Source: Fidelibacterota bacterium (GTDB lineage Bacteria; Fidelibacterota; Marinisomatia; Marinisomatales; TCS55). Taken from it: DNA of 24,831 nt. Positions 18,501 through 23,511 of this stretch are shown here, one piece after another. The stretch spans positions 1 through 24,831 of the forward strand of contig JBHHTW010000030.1 in assembly GCA_046861385.1 (NCBI GenBank), in the 5' to 3' direction. The translations under genes and the position numbers were made by a program. Position 1 is the stretch's first letter. Each line of letters starts with the position of its first letter. Under the pieces are notes generated by a model, which was not told the origin of the DNA, did no database searches, and was given only the letters and a program-made list of their open reading frames with translations.

Positions 18501-19989
18501 TACGATAGTAATAAGTAGTCCCACTGGTTAAACCAGTCATTGTTTTTGTTGTATCACTAATGTTTGTTGTGGAGTCCACCTTCGCAGTCGGGTTGGTGGA
18601 AGTGCCGCCATAAATGATATACTTGGCAAAGTCGGTTTCCGTGTTCTTATTCCACTTCAGGGTAATCAGGGAATCCCCGGGAGAAGCGGTGAGACCCGTG
18701 GGAATAGCCGGGGGAACATTATCAAAGGGAACTGCATTTACTTCACTTGAATAATCACTCAAATTCCCGGATGTATCTACCGCTTTAATACGATAGTAAT
18801 ATGTAGTACCATTGGTTAGACCGGTAATTGTTTTTGTTGTATCGCTGATGCTCAACGTTGAATCCACTTTTTCCCAGGGATAAGACCATATGCCGCCGTA
18901 TATATAATATTTTGATACAATACTCTCTGTATTTTTATCCCACCTTAGCGTCACTTGAGTGTTCCCGGGAGTGGCAGTGAGGCCCGTAGGAGCGGCAATC
19001 AGTGAGCTTCCGGTCGCCTGGCTGGAATATCCGCTTTCATGTCCGGCGCCGTCAATAGCTGAAATTTTGTAATAGTACGTTGTTCCAAAAGTAACATTTG
19101 TGTCAGTATAAGAACTGCTGGTTGATGAAGAGTCAATTTTATTACTGGCTGATGGTGTAAAACCGCTGGTGGTACTACGGAAAATATAGTATTTAACTAC
19201 ATCATAATCAGTGCTTGCAGTCCAATATAGGTAAATCTGTCCTGATTGACCGGTTGCTGTTAGATTTGTAGGCGATGATGGTACGGTAACATCAAGTGAA
19301 TTATAGTAACTTGAAATTTCGGATGCTGATAAAGCTCTATTGTAGATTTTAAGTTCATCAATATCAGTATCGATTGCTGTGTCACAAATAATGATATCAT
19401 TTGAATTTGTTTTCGCCGGATCTGTCGTACTTGAAGAACTAATCAGTTTACTGTCAAGATAGTAAGCATGCCCGGTTGACGTTTTTGTATAAGCAACATG
19501 GTGCCAAGCATTGTGTGTTAATTGATTGGAATTGCTGACTTGTTTCCAATAACCGGTAACATTGCTTCGGTAACCGGCAATAACCGGTCCAAAATTATAT
19601 TGATTCCACAATTGCCGAAATACATAAAAATTATACGTTGTACTGGAACCCTTTTTAACCAGAGTTTGCGCAGCACTTTGATTACTTCGCTGGCGAAACC
19701 AAAAATGAACTGTAAATGAATCCGGCATATTAAAACTGCTATTATGCGGGATGGAAATTTTATCAGAAGTACCTGCTATATTGGCGTATCCACCCGATAT
19801 TCCCCCAGTGGCAGGAAAAGTAACACTTCCTGTCGTTATTCCATTATACCCACTTCCGCTGGCATCATTTGCATTACCATTAAAAGGGAAATATACAAGT
19901 TGACCAACAGCGCTTGTTGAGGTTTCTGTTGCAAGTAATAAGGTCGGTAATATTATTATAGATAAATAAGTTGTTAACCTTTTAGTCAT
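3517..19989 (-). CDS. Giant secreted multi-domain surface protein (5490 aa): LamG x3, FN3 x~12, ASH/choice-of-anchor-D-like Ig, right-handed beta-helix modules x6-7, Ig-like domains, C-terminal FlgD-Ig/T9SS-type sorting domain
   Basis: Signal peptide; LamG motifs (LVYFPFNGNANDASG..WHHVAYT..IDELKIYNRAL); FN3 motifs (PTGLTATP..LxW..GLTNGTTYYYRIxAVD); YVxxxGxD..GS..P..TIQxAI..GD.I...PGxY caps with DxxGNxRP..PDxGAxE ends; C-terminal QNYPNPFNP..VYNILG..W.G....G..VASGVYFY..KM..K; RBS AGGA upstream. Confidence 0.95.
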   Translation of the reverse strand: MTKRLTTYLSIIILPTLLLATETSTSAVGQLVYFPFNGNANDASGSGYNGITTGSVTFPATGGISGGYANIAGTSDKISIPHNSSFNMPDSFTVHFWFRQRSNQSAAQTLVKKGSSTTYNFYVFRQLWNQYNFGPVIAGYRSNVTGYWKQVSNSNQLTHNAWHHVAYTKTSTGHAYYLDSKLISSSSTTDPAKTNSNDIIICDTAIDTDIDELKIYNRALSASEISSYYNSLDVTVPSSPTNLTATGQSGQIYLYWTASTDYDVVKYYIFRSTTSGFTPSASNKIDSSSTSSSYTDTNVTFGTTYYYKISAIDGAGHESGYSSQATGSSLIAAPTGLTATPGNTQVTLRWDKNTESIVSKYYIYGGIWSYPWEKVDSTLSISDTTKTITGLTNGTTYYYRIKAVDTSGNLSDYSSEVNAVPFDNVPPAIPTGLTASPGDSLITLKWNKNTETDFAKYIIYGGTSTNPTAKVDSTTNISDTTKTMTGLTSGTTYYYRITGVDTLGNESGFSSDVSEMPLSKEIFLTSSFHNFGNVQINTTSNWTYYVKNIGNDTLTVSNITKGLSTYSVNPTSGNINPGDSLSVTVSFTPIAITSYPDTLRVFSNDSEFGDTLKLVTLSGTGMDTLPPAAPQNLVLSAGDQQIAMTWNKNTETDFDKYIVYGGTSTNPTAKVDSTTSIGDTTKTITGLTNGTTYYYRITAVDTNRNESGYSSEVSASPSATNPTPSTPTNFTLTPKDDQLTLNWTPVGDSDLSKYRVYRGNSQWNINILDSVLVSSSPNTAYTDNAVDNDTLYYYYITAVDSAGQESSNSDTVHVMPTIVPDGLVALYNFSGNMIDGSGEENDGTNYGANQTYNRFNNWGKAYNFDGVSDYLLFNSFNNGLITNSLTIDLWINLDVVGGTIIEKRSGNNIDFDIEISSQNQLLYTHFGNLGNFYGTTVLSANTWYHITATYNNQSISLYVNGILDGQYQTSGNISTNSSSIFVGSYAGGSNYFDGVIDDIRIYDRALTTSEIQTLFEVGGWDPAPTTPQNFYATPGNDQLTLGWDPVRDNNLAKYRIYRGKTQWNLNLLDSVVAASSPDTFYVDNVVDNDTLYYYYVTAVDSAGQVSDQSDTVHVMPTIVPDGLVALYNFYGNVLDGSGEGNDGTKYGATQTYDRFGDWGKAYYFDGNTDYVTIPNSMNNLSDLTVETWFKYTNTNTWRWVFGTITGFVQVGASVAAGDDILRYHFSTSNGSFSDGDGSHHVNPNEWYQLSLTYDGTTVKGYIDGELDFERAWTGQVSITDQPAIGAGFNSEWFYGSIDEFRIYDRAITSTEIQTLYDAGGWDPSPGTPTNLTAAGSNESVTLSWNKIPDSDLAKYRIYRRWGSTSLILLDSVMAASPPDTFYTDHSVINDTTYYYQVTAVDSAGQGSGYSNEVSVTPTAKVTVELLVGATTTSTGSQDQGYALNTYYHDVKHQSLYHAADLDNAGLSPGATITAIDIYPAQTPGMDLSSFRIATAWTNEAALSDSFLTTSVVYGPTYHYTADFPTGAWVRFPITPILWNGLDNLVVEFSHDNTNYASGGGVYLRHTGSNSDRGRRGWSDSNAGNYPFTTNMGSAPDDKVAYLQLTYTVPKVLSPSNITAIPSYQQVDLSWTASISDSIANYKIYRGTTSINLTAIGTAASTASNYSDTGLVNGTTYYYGIRSIQIDGDSSAMTTPVSAVPSVETPSNLSIAAAPQQVTLSWDAPSGSGVAKTYIYQRDASTATFLADSTSDGTTVTKTITGLTNGTMYYFAIKYKGQDGTTSAYSDTVNATPDYTGPTFWVAENGSNTTGDGRLTSPFLTIQQAIDKAVSGDTIKIKPGSYSGVGNYDLNPQKDLFIMGVGGADSVTIDVGASADNRHSAFDLDLFPYSAMTIKGLKIVNALSQNGYGGAMILFNAGSVNIIDCVIGPGNKAAVGAGIFIENTSATIDGTVIKGNSAPMTSGNFSGDVNGVGVYISNGSTESVTIKNSVIRGNVGTANGPQNDMFGGGFYITGQNTNVYFINTIIFNNELTRTGVSNYWSRGGGGAIDNGANVYFVHSDLLKNNAENTDFPDESRGGALWINDNASAIYFLNSIIWGNTASSTINSGDQMFAGDNFFNITMHYSDAQEAFSGESNLSEDPHFTDDLNNIFSLDVRSGLLGAGASGSQSTYPGYNHILSTDFLGNVRPNPSGSNPDIGAIENSLGESPVPDAPTDLAATPGDGQVILTWTAHSETDVEKYGIYYGTTSGPTVKQKDVTGRTTVTDTITGLSNSQIYYFRMTAIDSSGYESAFSSEISVTPQFLGTTIYVDVDSAGAGYTPDGSDTKPYGSIQEAINASNVIDGVRVLVNPGTYTGLNNEPVVDLIGKQLILESVDGPATTIIDAGGASGNRSALRLDKEFGGSYNGYTNSTKFIGFTFQNGDNSKPLIVINGPDKSIDEWAPSFENCKFIDSRASSQDLLSVIWIFQAEPVFDGCEFRNLTVAPASADDMNIYAPIRIGGADNFNFGADTTIYRSQFLNCIIAENSSTITNSSNNNGKNFFGGALFIGYGAVPYFENTRIDSNSIDSNPYQSSSWANGGGVYIDSWFAQGPPIKFINCSISDNTVEGSYVYGGGIYSRYPRVDLINCLVTGNNAQSNFSDSRTYGGAIYFSSDLYQYGSGPAQYNGVDQGLRLINSTIADNEISPNTIYGDWGGAGICRDNPSDNPVIIFNSIITDNATGTYVDDARVNLSNNAGPFGSTNALIDYSIIEFFSETGLNETYLMDADPGFIGNGDYTLSTASLAIGAGIDQYEGVTAPAFDYNNDSRPKPSGSNPDLGAFENSLSTTPYPSKPQNLVMEAVGDSSVTLSWTANTEDDISQYMIYYGTATATTLLDSISGTPSYTATGLDNGITYYFAVAAKDLDGYESSKSNEVSGVPKWVGPLWYVDETQTSGSGKDGSPSLPFREIQDAIDAVDPLSRTDGLKDTVIVLPGTYDRSDDQNLVFVYNNGDSNDGQPKNIVLKSRDGAATTILDGEGSKRLFEIVDKTDTTLHIIGFTITGGGESDGWGNAVRVEGQSYWDYSLNQQITTTSGVIFKNCIIKENGTETNPEEAPVIRVSAGDVRFVDCVIENNHVSISSGSGEGGTIQGKDDSRITVIRTKILDNSLTAISADAYGAGIYIGWNDNNKLTAINSVIARNTATAGSSSPSRGAGITVRGGKATIINSTIVDNNNIDQYQFENGAGIYVTYGSGDSGTKFNLFNSIVSGNTPLQKQLQIDDWLDVNHFVSYSIIQGGDVDNYEDGVFEANPEFVDLTYVLSDRSPAIGAGETESENTNGDPIFAPTVDLAGNTRPVPSGSNPDMGAYEHNLAITPFPAPVQNLVATPLHQAVLLDWDFSPDQNVDRYVAYVSDDSITFTVDDTVSGRFTTRTTIGSLTNGENYWFYVTALDTGGFESSPSLQVKATPFFQGPVWVVDTDNGSVSGEGSLNDPLRYIRDAIETAVDGDTIMLMPGTYTGSKNRDLDFQYNNDIVQNGVKNLVLMSMYGPDTTVVELDGNSFLEVISGETFKSKLIGITIQNSESGAVNINNNSELKIKDCIFYNNSTDFRGGAVFVSGASSVKIRRTLFQENSSNNFSQGGALSIDNANCNVSNCIFYQNTAQAQGGAIYVDLSESKLQVIHSLFLENESGNGPAAIGNGSNPDIGIVNTIFWDNMENGSNSRDIDYASSVENCILQEGSPVMNLGDNYSFDPEIIGSDTGNFSLSEYSGAIGLGLESYYDYFSDEDRDVPTTDFLGNARPQPDSTLPDIGPIEHRNAEPRRSVYYVDNSGNDNNDGSSPANALRTIKESLNQSSFKDTIELAPGIYSGLGNRELSMNGVARIIRSAVGSASTIIDCENQGRAFVFDSSESDSVLIKGITIMNGSTPENGGGVFILNADPVFENVIFENNSAPNGSGGAVYASNSHTRFINCVFTANRAAESGAIAASGGDVTIDFTTAVGNRGNDLISFSGELNISNSIIWYNSPLDNSVSVAFSDVMGGNAGIGNYNGRPGFVDGLNGDFHLKDWSPVIGKANGSAGVLYDIEGFARSDSIPDMGAYENTLDSSGTYTKHYWYVSTTGSDSVTANMGTDIQPHKTIQYALNRAIFNDEIRILPGNYHELLNNWGKDITIVGHSGIPDDVTIDGYYKITGGSPGLYDLHLTNGIGNNDILQINNNATATLYNLLITHSNSSGISVNNTAAAALYNMTIYGNFIGIEDNSSGNVSVTNSIIWNNGSSILGSPTITYSAIQGSYTGSGNISDNPLFIDAALGNYRIGIQSPCIDAGNPESIYDSDSTVVDMGAFPRLRDFYSGTTSGNVEITSEESAVLTGDLIVTSSDTMNIDAGGTVYFEPGATLTVEGVLGISGTSMNPISFKSTDPDSSYGGVIINILSAGRAVNDVYSYMVIEGVGSDFIPLTINGNATIEHITIAGNENSTSLIVNDGTVALNYSILEGSASGTGTIINTGSFVNSTDQFANYNTGDFTLLSSAPAIDMDTTENWLDPDNTFADAGSYFHDQSGYTTGNIVVLYPLADDIIPVSPDTSSIMGGGVTVRAQVYNIIGHYQTNPTISWAAAAGTLDNNFTYDSDLWGRISNTFYTTTTLNDLNSVTVEDNGTIAQSGYFKVVAGAPDSVWIIEQSDTTVNQTEEREISGNVIDQFGNDVANGTPITWELIPSNVVDWVNIIRSDNVTQDGAASITLQVKSDITWSFDFVVQLTSNGISTQSNQYHFFEVTAPEAVLDIAINPNGWTSVNDFTISWTNPSENSGIAGAHYTIDGGSETYVAVPGIQSLENIALPNNAVSLIDVWLEDNLGNENSINAQSIEAKWDNTAPNDFTLMYPMNDWYSQSKFRFQWNASSDATAGLEHYDLVINTSDIYSIDPDSTAHQVPGEFSEGTYSWSVVAFDSAGNETTSSNPQTFNVDFTSPTISHNPVLEGTENTTVTITAAFSDNTSGIDIAELYYRKGGEVQWQGPVDMSTLNTYQIASSFVTSSGMEYYLYSRDAAGNEIYKPSQGYYSTSITITEPGLSSADRWPTGIPNGSAVTSYQLLSFPGQAANSTPTNILVDDLGEYDDTKWRLFEYSGSGAWSEFANISTLQPGAGYFLIVKDPALNINTGQTRTVTSDVDFPITLVSGDWIMFGNPYDFSIPLTNVYINDSTNLAGDDNLYTYDSNWLNPTEIEPWKGYIYKSAASANNIYIKPRKSNGGMAKQLDQEIVLMENEWLVDIKARNGLGVDELNTIGVLATAKDDYDEMDAFEPPMLPGGISLMMDHSNWAKNGDTYTKDIRSIKKDGEFWDMNVAAEDDKYNVYLYFEGQNDIPSDFDVFLIDVTLGVAQDLRWNPVYRYAVSNAKSIHNIRFIAGTKEFLSDNNAGIDLYPDRYSISQNYPNPFNPQTSILITLEDIATVDLIVYNILGEEVTRIIDNELRPAGYHNMIWKGLNRDGKRVASGVYFYTTRIKDVSGKMILNKTNKMIMVK
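3520..3810 (-). other. C-terminal secretion/sorting domain (T9SS type A-like / FlgD-Ig) of the giant protein
   Basis: YSISQNYPNPFNPQTSI...IVYNILGEEV...AGYHNMIWKGLNRDGKRVASGVYFY...KMIMVK. Confidence 0.85.
16021..17820 (-). repeat. Tandem ~900-bp FN3+LamG duplication inside the giant gene
   Basis: 16621-16660 vs 17521-17560 are 37/40 identical at 900-bp offset; both units read SDTVHVMPTIVPDGLVALYNF and end RIYDRAxTxxEIQTLxxxGGWDP. Confidence 0.9.
17941..18654 (-). repeat. Near-identical FN3 coding repeat, two copies 600 bp apart (17941-18054 and 18541-18654)
   Basis: 104/114 nt identical by manual count, with a 32-nt perfect run (17975-18006 = 18575-18606). Confidence 0.92.
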
Positions 19990-20015
19990 AATATATCCTG
20001 TTTCAAATTTGTTTA

Positions 20016-20726
20016 TTAAGGCAGTGCCGGCGGTTCAGGCAACACAGCCGGAGCCTGTTCTAAATTCAAATAATAGTAAGCACCGCCCCCGGCTGCTGCA
20101 AGACCCAGTGTGGTCCAAAGCAGCCAACTGCTTCCACCTTTTTTGGCAGGTTGAACCGCCGCGGCCACTACTTCCGGTTGCTTCTTTTTTGCTAATATGT
20201 GTTCGGGGGGTGTCAGTCCCAAAATTTCCCACGCAAGGATTTCAATTTCGGTGATCAGTCCGTCAATTTCTCCTTTATAGGATTTGCTGACCGTTTTAAT
20301 GGTCGCACCCGATTCCACTGAAAACATTTTGGCATCAATAGTATATGTGTTCCCAAGCTTGCCAAAAGCTCCGGAAATCATGTTTTGCACACCAAGCATG
20401 GCTCCCACTTCTGCGGCACATTCATCTGATGTACATCCTGATTGCTGAAATCCCTGTTCTTCTAGAATTTCAGACATCTGGCCTCGTTCTACCAAAATTA
20501 CTGCATTGGTATTGGCCAACTCAGAGGAAAGCCTGTCCGTTAGTGTCGCTGATTCTAATTGGGAAATACCCCTGCCTTCAAAATCCAAAACAGCCACTGT
20601 GTATTTGCCGGAAGCAAGTTCTGCTGAGGTTTCTTCATTGATTGTCGGGTTCCCCTGTGCCAGTAACCATACCGGTAAGAGTACTCCCAAAAGAACAATG
20701 ATTGTTTTTAGTTTGGTTAGCATCAT
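20016..20726 (-). CDS. CsgG/HfaB-like (FlgO/TolB-N fold) exported protein with C-terminal Gly/Ala-rich hydrophobic helix and Pro-rich tail
   Basis: TVAVLDFEGRG..LTDRLSSEL....ILVERGQMSEILEEQGFQQSGC....CAAEVGAMLGV..MISG..GKLG..Y.I..KMFSVESG. Start moved from TTG 20738 to ATG 20726 because GGAG lies 6 nt upstream of it. Confidence 0.8.
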   Translation of the reverse strand: MMLTKLKTIIVLLGVLLPVWLLAQGNPTINEETSAELASGKYTVAVLDFEGRGISQLESATLTDRLSSELANTNAVILVERGQMSEILEEQGFQQSGCTSDECAAEVGAMLGVQNMISGAFGKLGNTYTIDAKMFSVESGATIKTVSKSYKGEIDGLITEIEILAWEILGLTPPEHILAKKKQPEVVAAAVQPAKKGGSSWLLWTTLGLAAAGGGAYYYLNLEQAPAVLPEPPALP

Positions 20727-20784
20727 AGTGCGCTCCAATTTATCAAATGATTATTAAATGTTTCCGTGCTCTGGAACACATGTA

Positions 20785-21432
20785 TTACTCCTGCTCTGCC
20801 AGTAATTCATCGATTAGCGCAGACAATTCGCCTTCTAAATCCTCATCCTCATGAAATCCCTGCCTTGCTGAGCGAATGATTTGAAATTTATCAATGACAA
20901 ATAATCTGGGCAATGTTTTTGCTCCGTACCTTTCTTTTGCTACCCCCCGTGTATCATATAAAATAGGAATGGTGATTCCTTTTTCACCTAGAAAAGGACC
21001 TGCTTTGGGAGAATCCTCAAAACCGTTATTATTCCGAGTCGCTTCTGTAATATCCACCAGGAAAAATTTGATAGGTTTATCTTTATACTTCTGATATACG
21101 TTTTCCAAATGAGGTAATTCTTTCATGCATGGTTTGCACCAGGTGGCAAAGAAACTTAATACTACAGGATACCGGTTCGGTTGGGACATGAATTTGCGTA
21201 ATTTCTTATCGCGTTCTACCGTCCAGTTTTTTAGAAACTCGAATTTCCCCGGCGCATACATCAACGCCCACGACGGCGCTAAATCACCCGGTTTTAACCC
21301 GGGGTCCGTAGTGGTATCATGAGGAACAACGGCGACTTCACCTGTATCCTGCGCAAGACCCATACTACCTGTCATAATTATTATTGTAATCAATTTAACG
21401 AAAATGTTCACAGTTATCCTTTCTCTAATCAT
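20785..21432 (-). CDS. TlpA/ResA-like thiol-disulfide oxidoreductase, exported or membrane-anchored
   Basis: PGDLAP, VVLSFFATWCKPCMKELPHL, PILYD, YG..TLPRLFVIDK. True start may be GTG at 21411 (AAGGA 5 nt upstream). Confidence 0.9.
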   Translation of the reverse strand: MIRERITVNIFVKLITIIIMTGSMGLAQDTGEVAVVPHDTTTDPGLKPGDLAPSWALMYAPGKFEFLKNWTVERDKKLRKFMSQPNRYPVVLSFFATWCKPCMKELPHLENVYQKYKDKPIKFFLVDITEATRNNNGFEDSPKAGPFLGEKGITIPILYDTRGVAKERYGAKTLPRLFVIDKFQIIRSARQGFHEDEDLEGELSALIDELLAEQE

Positions 21433-21455
21433 ATTTTTTTATTCCGTAGAAATTA

Positions 21456-22280
21456 TCAGTCCAAAACAAACAGAACCCTGCAATCCTTAAGAATTCCATT
21501 GGAGCTGTTGGCAGATTGAATTTTCATTACATCTGCATTTGCAACTATTACATCTGCTCCGTTTGTACCGCTGGCAGAAACACCTTTAATGACCAGGGGA
21601 TTGCCCTTGATTCGGTCATCTGCCTGTGCCCTGTCTAATCCTTTGGCATAACCGACCACACCGTTTTGAATAGCATATTCCCTTGTATAATTCCCTGGAC
21701 CGTAAACGACTCCGCCATTCTGATCCAGAATTCTCGGAGACATCGCCGGACGGATACCAAGACCCCGGGTATCAATAATTAATCCGGTAATGGCTGATGT
21801 GGTGGGAGCAGTTAATTCCCCAGTTGGCGGAACCGCTCCGGGGATAGATGGAGGTAAAAATCCTGTTGGCGGTGTGATGACATCCGATATCCCGCTCATG
21901 GGGACTTCATACGTCACCTCAATAGAAGTATCGCTTAAATATTTGGGCTCCCCCACTTGTACGGCGCCACGAATTGCTCCTTGCACTCGCGATTTGATTA
22001 CATCATCAAACATGGCATTGCTCATGGTTGTTTCACTGGTCACAACCACACCGTTTACAATTTCAATAAGTTGACGCAACGCATCCTGTTTTGCGATTCT
22101 CAAAGCAGCTCGACGGGCCTGTCCCGCATTAATTACATTTTCAGGAATAAATCCAATACCAGTCGCCTGGATCGTTCTATTAGAATAGTTAATAGAACCC
22201 CTCTCGAACTGTTCACCCACAAACGATGTTTGTCCTGCAACAATACTTAAAATGAATATGATTGATAATACCTGTTTCAT
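21456..22280 (-). CDS. LPP20-like exported protein with additional C-terminal domain (274 aa)
   Basis: Signal peptide; IQATGIG...ARRAALRIAKQDALRQLIEIVNGVVVTSETT...IKSRVQGAIRGA resembles LPP20/FlgP-type domains; Pro-rich linker; then TGLIIDTRGL..PAMSPRILD domain; RBS AGAGG. Confidence 0.65.
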   Translation of the reverse strand: MKQVLSIIFILSIVAGQTSFVGEQFERGSINYSNRTIQATGIGFIPENVINAGQARRAALRIAKQDALRQLIEIVNGVVVTSETTMSNAMFDDVIKSRVQGAIRGAVQVGEPKYLSDTSIEVTYEVPMSGISDVITPPTGFLPPSIPGAVPPTGELTAPTTSAITGLIIDTRGLGIRPAMSPRILDQNGGVVYGPGNYTREYAIQNGVVGYAKGLDRAQADDRIKGNPLVIKGVSASGTNGADVIVANADVMKIQSANSSNGILKDCRVLFVLD

Positions 22281-22294
22281 AGCGAACCTCTTAG

Positions 22295-23413
22295 TTATTG
22301 CACAATTTCTGCTGTAATACGATTTCCGGATAATCCTGTCACCTTAAAATCTAATCCATCCGGAGATGTTCTGCTTAATCCCATAGCTAAGGCTTGTGCT
22401 TTTCCTTCAAATTCAACCTCAAATTCAGCCACGCCATCATTTAAACTTTTTGCGTAGGCATTCCTAACTCCGGATACGGTTTGGGCTTTTAAAAAGGATT
22501 CAAATGTCATATAAGACATGAAATCAGCATTTTTTAAGACGATATATACTTTGATAAAATTCGATTGTTGAGTACTCCATTTTAAGATTAGCTGCCGGAT
22601 AATATCATTCCCCAATTTACCCACTGCTTCCTGGGTGGCATTTACTCCGGCTGTGGAGGCTGATATATGAGGTTTTTTACCGTGAGCATTGGGTACAACT
22701 GCTAAAATCTCTCCTGTATCAGCGCGTACAATTTTACCACTGATATCTGCTTGTCCGGAAACCATATTATATATTTTACCTCCGGATGAAATTTTCGCAG
22801 AACCAATAACGATTACTTCTGCTCCGAGCATACTTGCTATTTTTGCTGCAGCTGATACATCCCCGGCTAATGCCTGATTATAATCTGCTTGTCCTTTTAG
22901 AGCAGATACAAGTTGACGATCCACCACATCAAACCCTTTATCGTAAAACATACTCAATAATTTTGTTTCAGCAAAATCTGTGGGGATGTCGTCAATTAGA
23001 TTGTCTTCCCGAATCATAAAAATAATCCTCGGACGGTTCATAGAATTCAGAAGAGTTTGAAGAGCGGCCTCATCCTGCATAACCTGATCGAGCATTTGGG
23101 TAACTTCTGCATTCAGAGTTACCTCCCAAAGACCATCGGGTCCTTGTTTTTCAGATACAATTTCGAATGTTTTAACAAACCCCTGAGCTTTGGAGTAAAT
23201 ATTATCACTCAATGATGTTGCAGTCACAACGGTTTCTGACGAAATAAATGCCCCAAGCCCTACTTCAACTGCGTCCCGTTTTGCCTGTTCTATAGCTGCG
23301 TCTTTCGTTTGTCCGTACCCCGTTCCTTGAGCTGTTTGACTTTGCGGCCAAAGGATAGAAATAGAAACCAAAAAAACAAGACCTATTGCCTTTATGCGTA
23401 GATTAGACTTCAT
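22295..23413 (-). CDS. FlgT-like exported protein (FlgT-N-like plus CsgG/TolB-N-like middle domain, 372 aa)
   Basis: AQGTGYG.TKDAAIEQAKRDAVE...G.FISSET..GFVKTFEIVSE..EVTLNAEV (FlgT-N-like); RPRIIFMI..AET.L...F..KGFDVVD..AEVIVIGSA..KIVRADTGEILA (CsgG-like fold); small C-terminal alpha/beta domain. Confidence 0.65.
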   Translation of the reverse strand: MKSNLRIKAIGLVFLVSISILWPQSQTAQGTGYGQTKDAAIEQAKRDAVEVGLGAFISSETVVTATSLSDNIYSKAQGFVKTFEIVSEKQGPDGLWEVTLNAEVTQMLDQVMQDEAALQTLLNSMNRPRIIFMIREDNLIDDIPTDFAETKLLSMFYDKGFDVVDRQLVSALKGQADYNQALAGDVSAAAKIASMLGAEVIVIGSAKISSGGKIYNMVSGQADISGKIVRADTGEILAVVPNAHGKKPHISASTAGVNATQEAVGKLGNDIIRQLILKWSTQQSNFIKVYIVLKNADFMSYMTFESFLKAQTVSGVRNAYAKSLNDGVAEFEVEFEGKAQALAMGLSRTSPDGLDFKVTGLSGNRITAEIVQ

Positions 23414-23489
23414 CCTCTAATTATCCCCTATGTTGAATGTTCAGTGAAATTATCTAAACATACTATCTATATGCAAATTAAACATCAAT

Positions 23490-23511
23490 AAATGTGATTT
23501 AAATCAATCTT
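23490..23511. promoter_or_regulatory. CRP/FNR-family-like binding site in the divergent promoter region
   Basis: AAATGTGATTTAAATCAATCTT, 17/22 match to CRP consensus AAATGTGATCTAGATCACATTT; perfect 12-bp palindromic core TGATTTAAATCA (23495-23506). Confidence 0.5.

Noticed and set aside
17941-18654. Repeat pair as diversity-generating retroelement TR/VR
   Set aside because: Mismatches are not confined to adenines on either strand, both copies are in-frame FN3 coding sequence, and there is no reverse transcriptase in the window.
3652-19719. Many 60-150 aa ORFs within the giant gene
   Set aside because: Antisense or off-frame by-products of a long ORF; no protein-like motifs.
20016-23413. Curli or flagellar gene cluster
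   Set aside because: No curlin repeats, csgE/F or core flagellar genes; only fold-level resemblance, so no gene symbols assigned.
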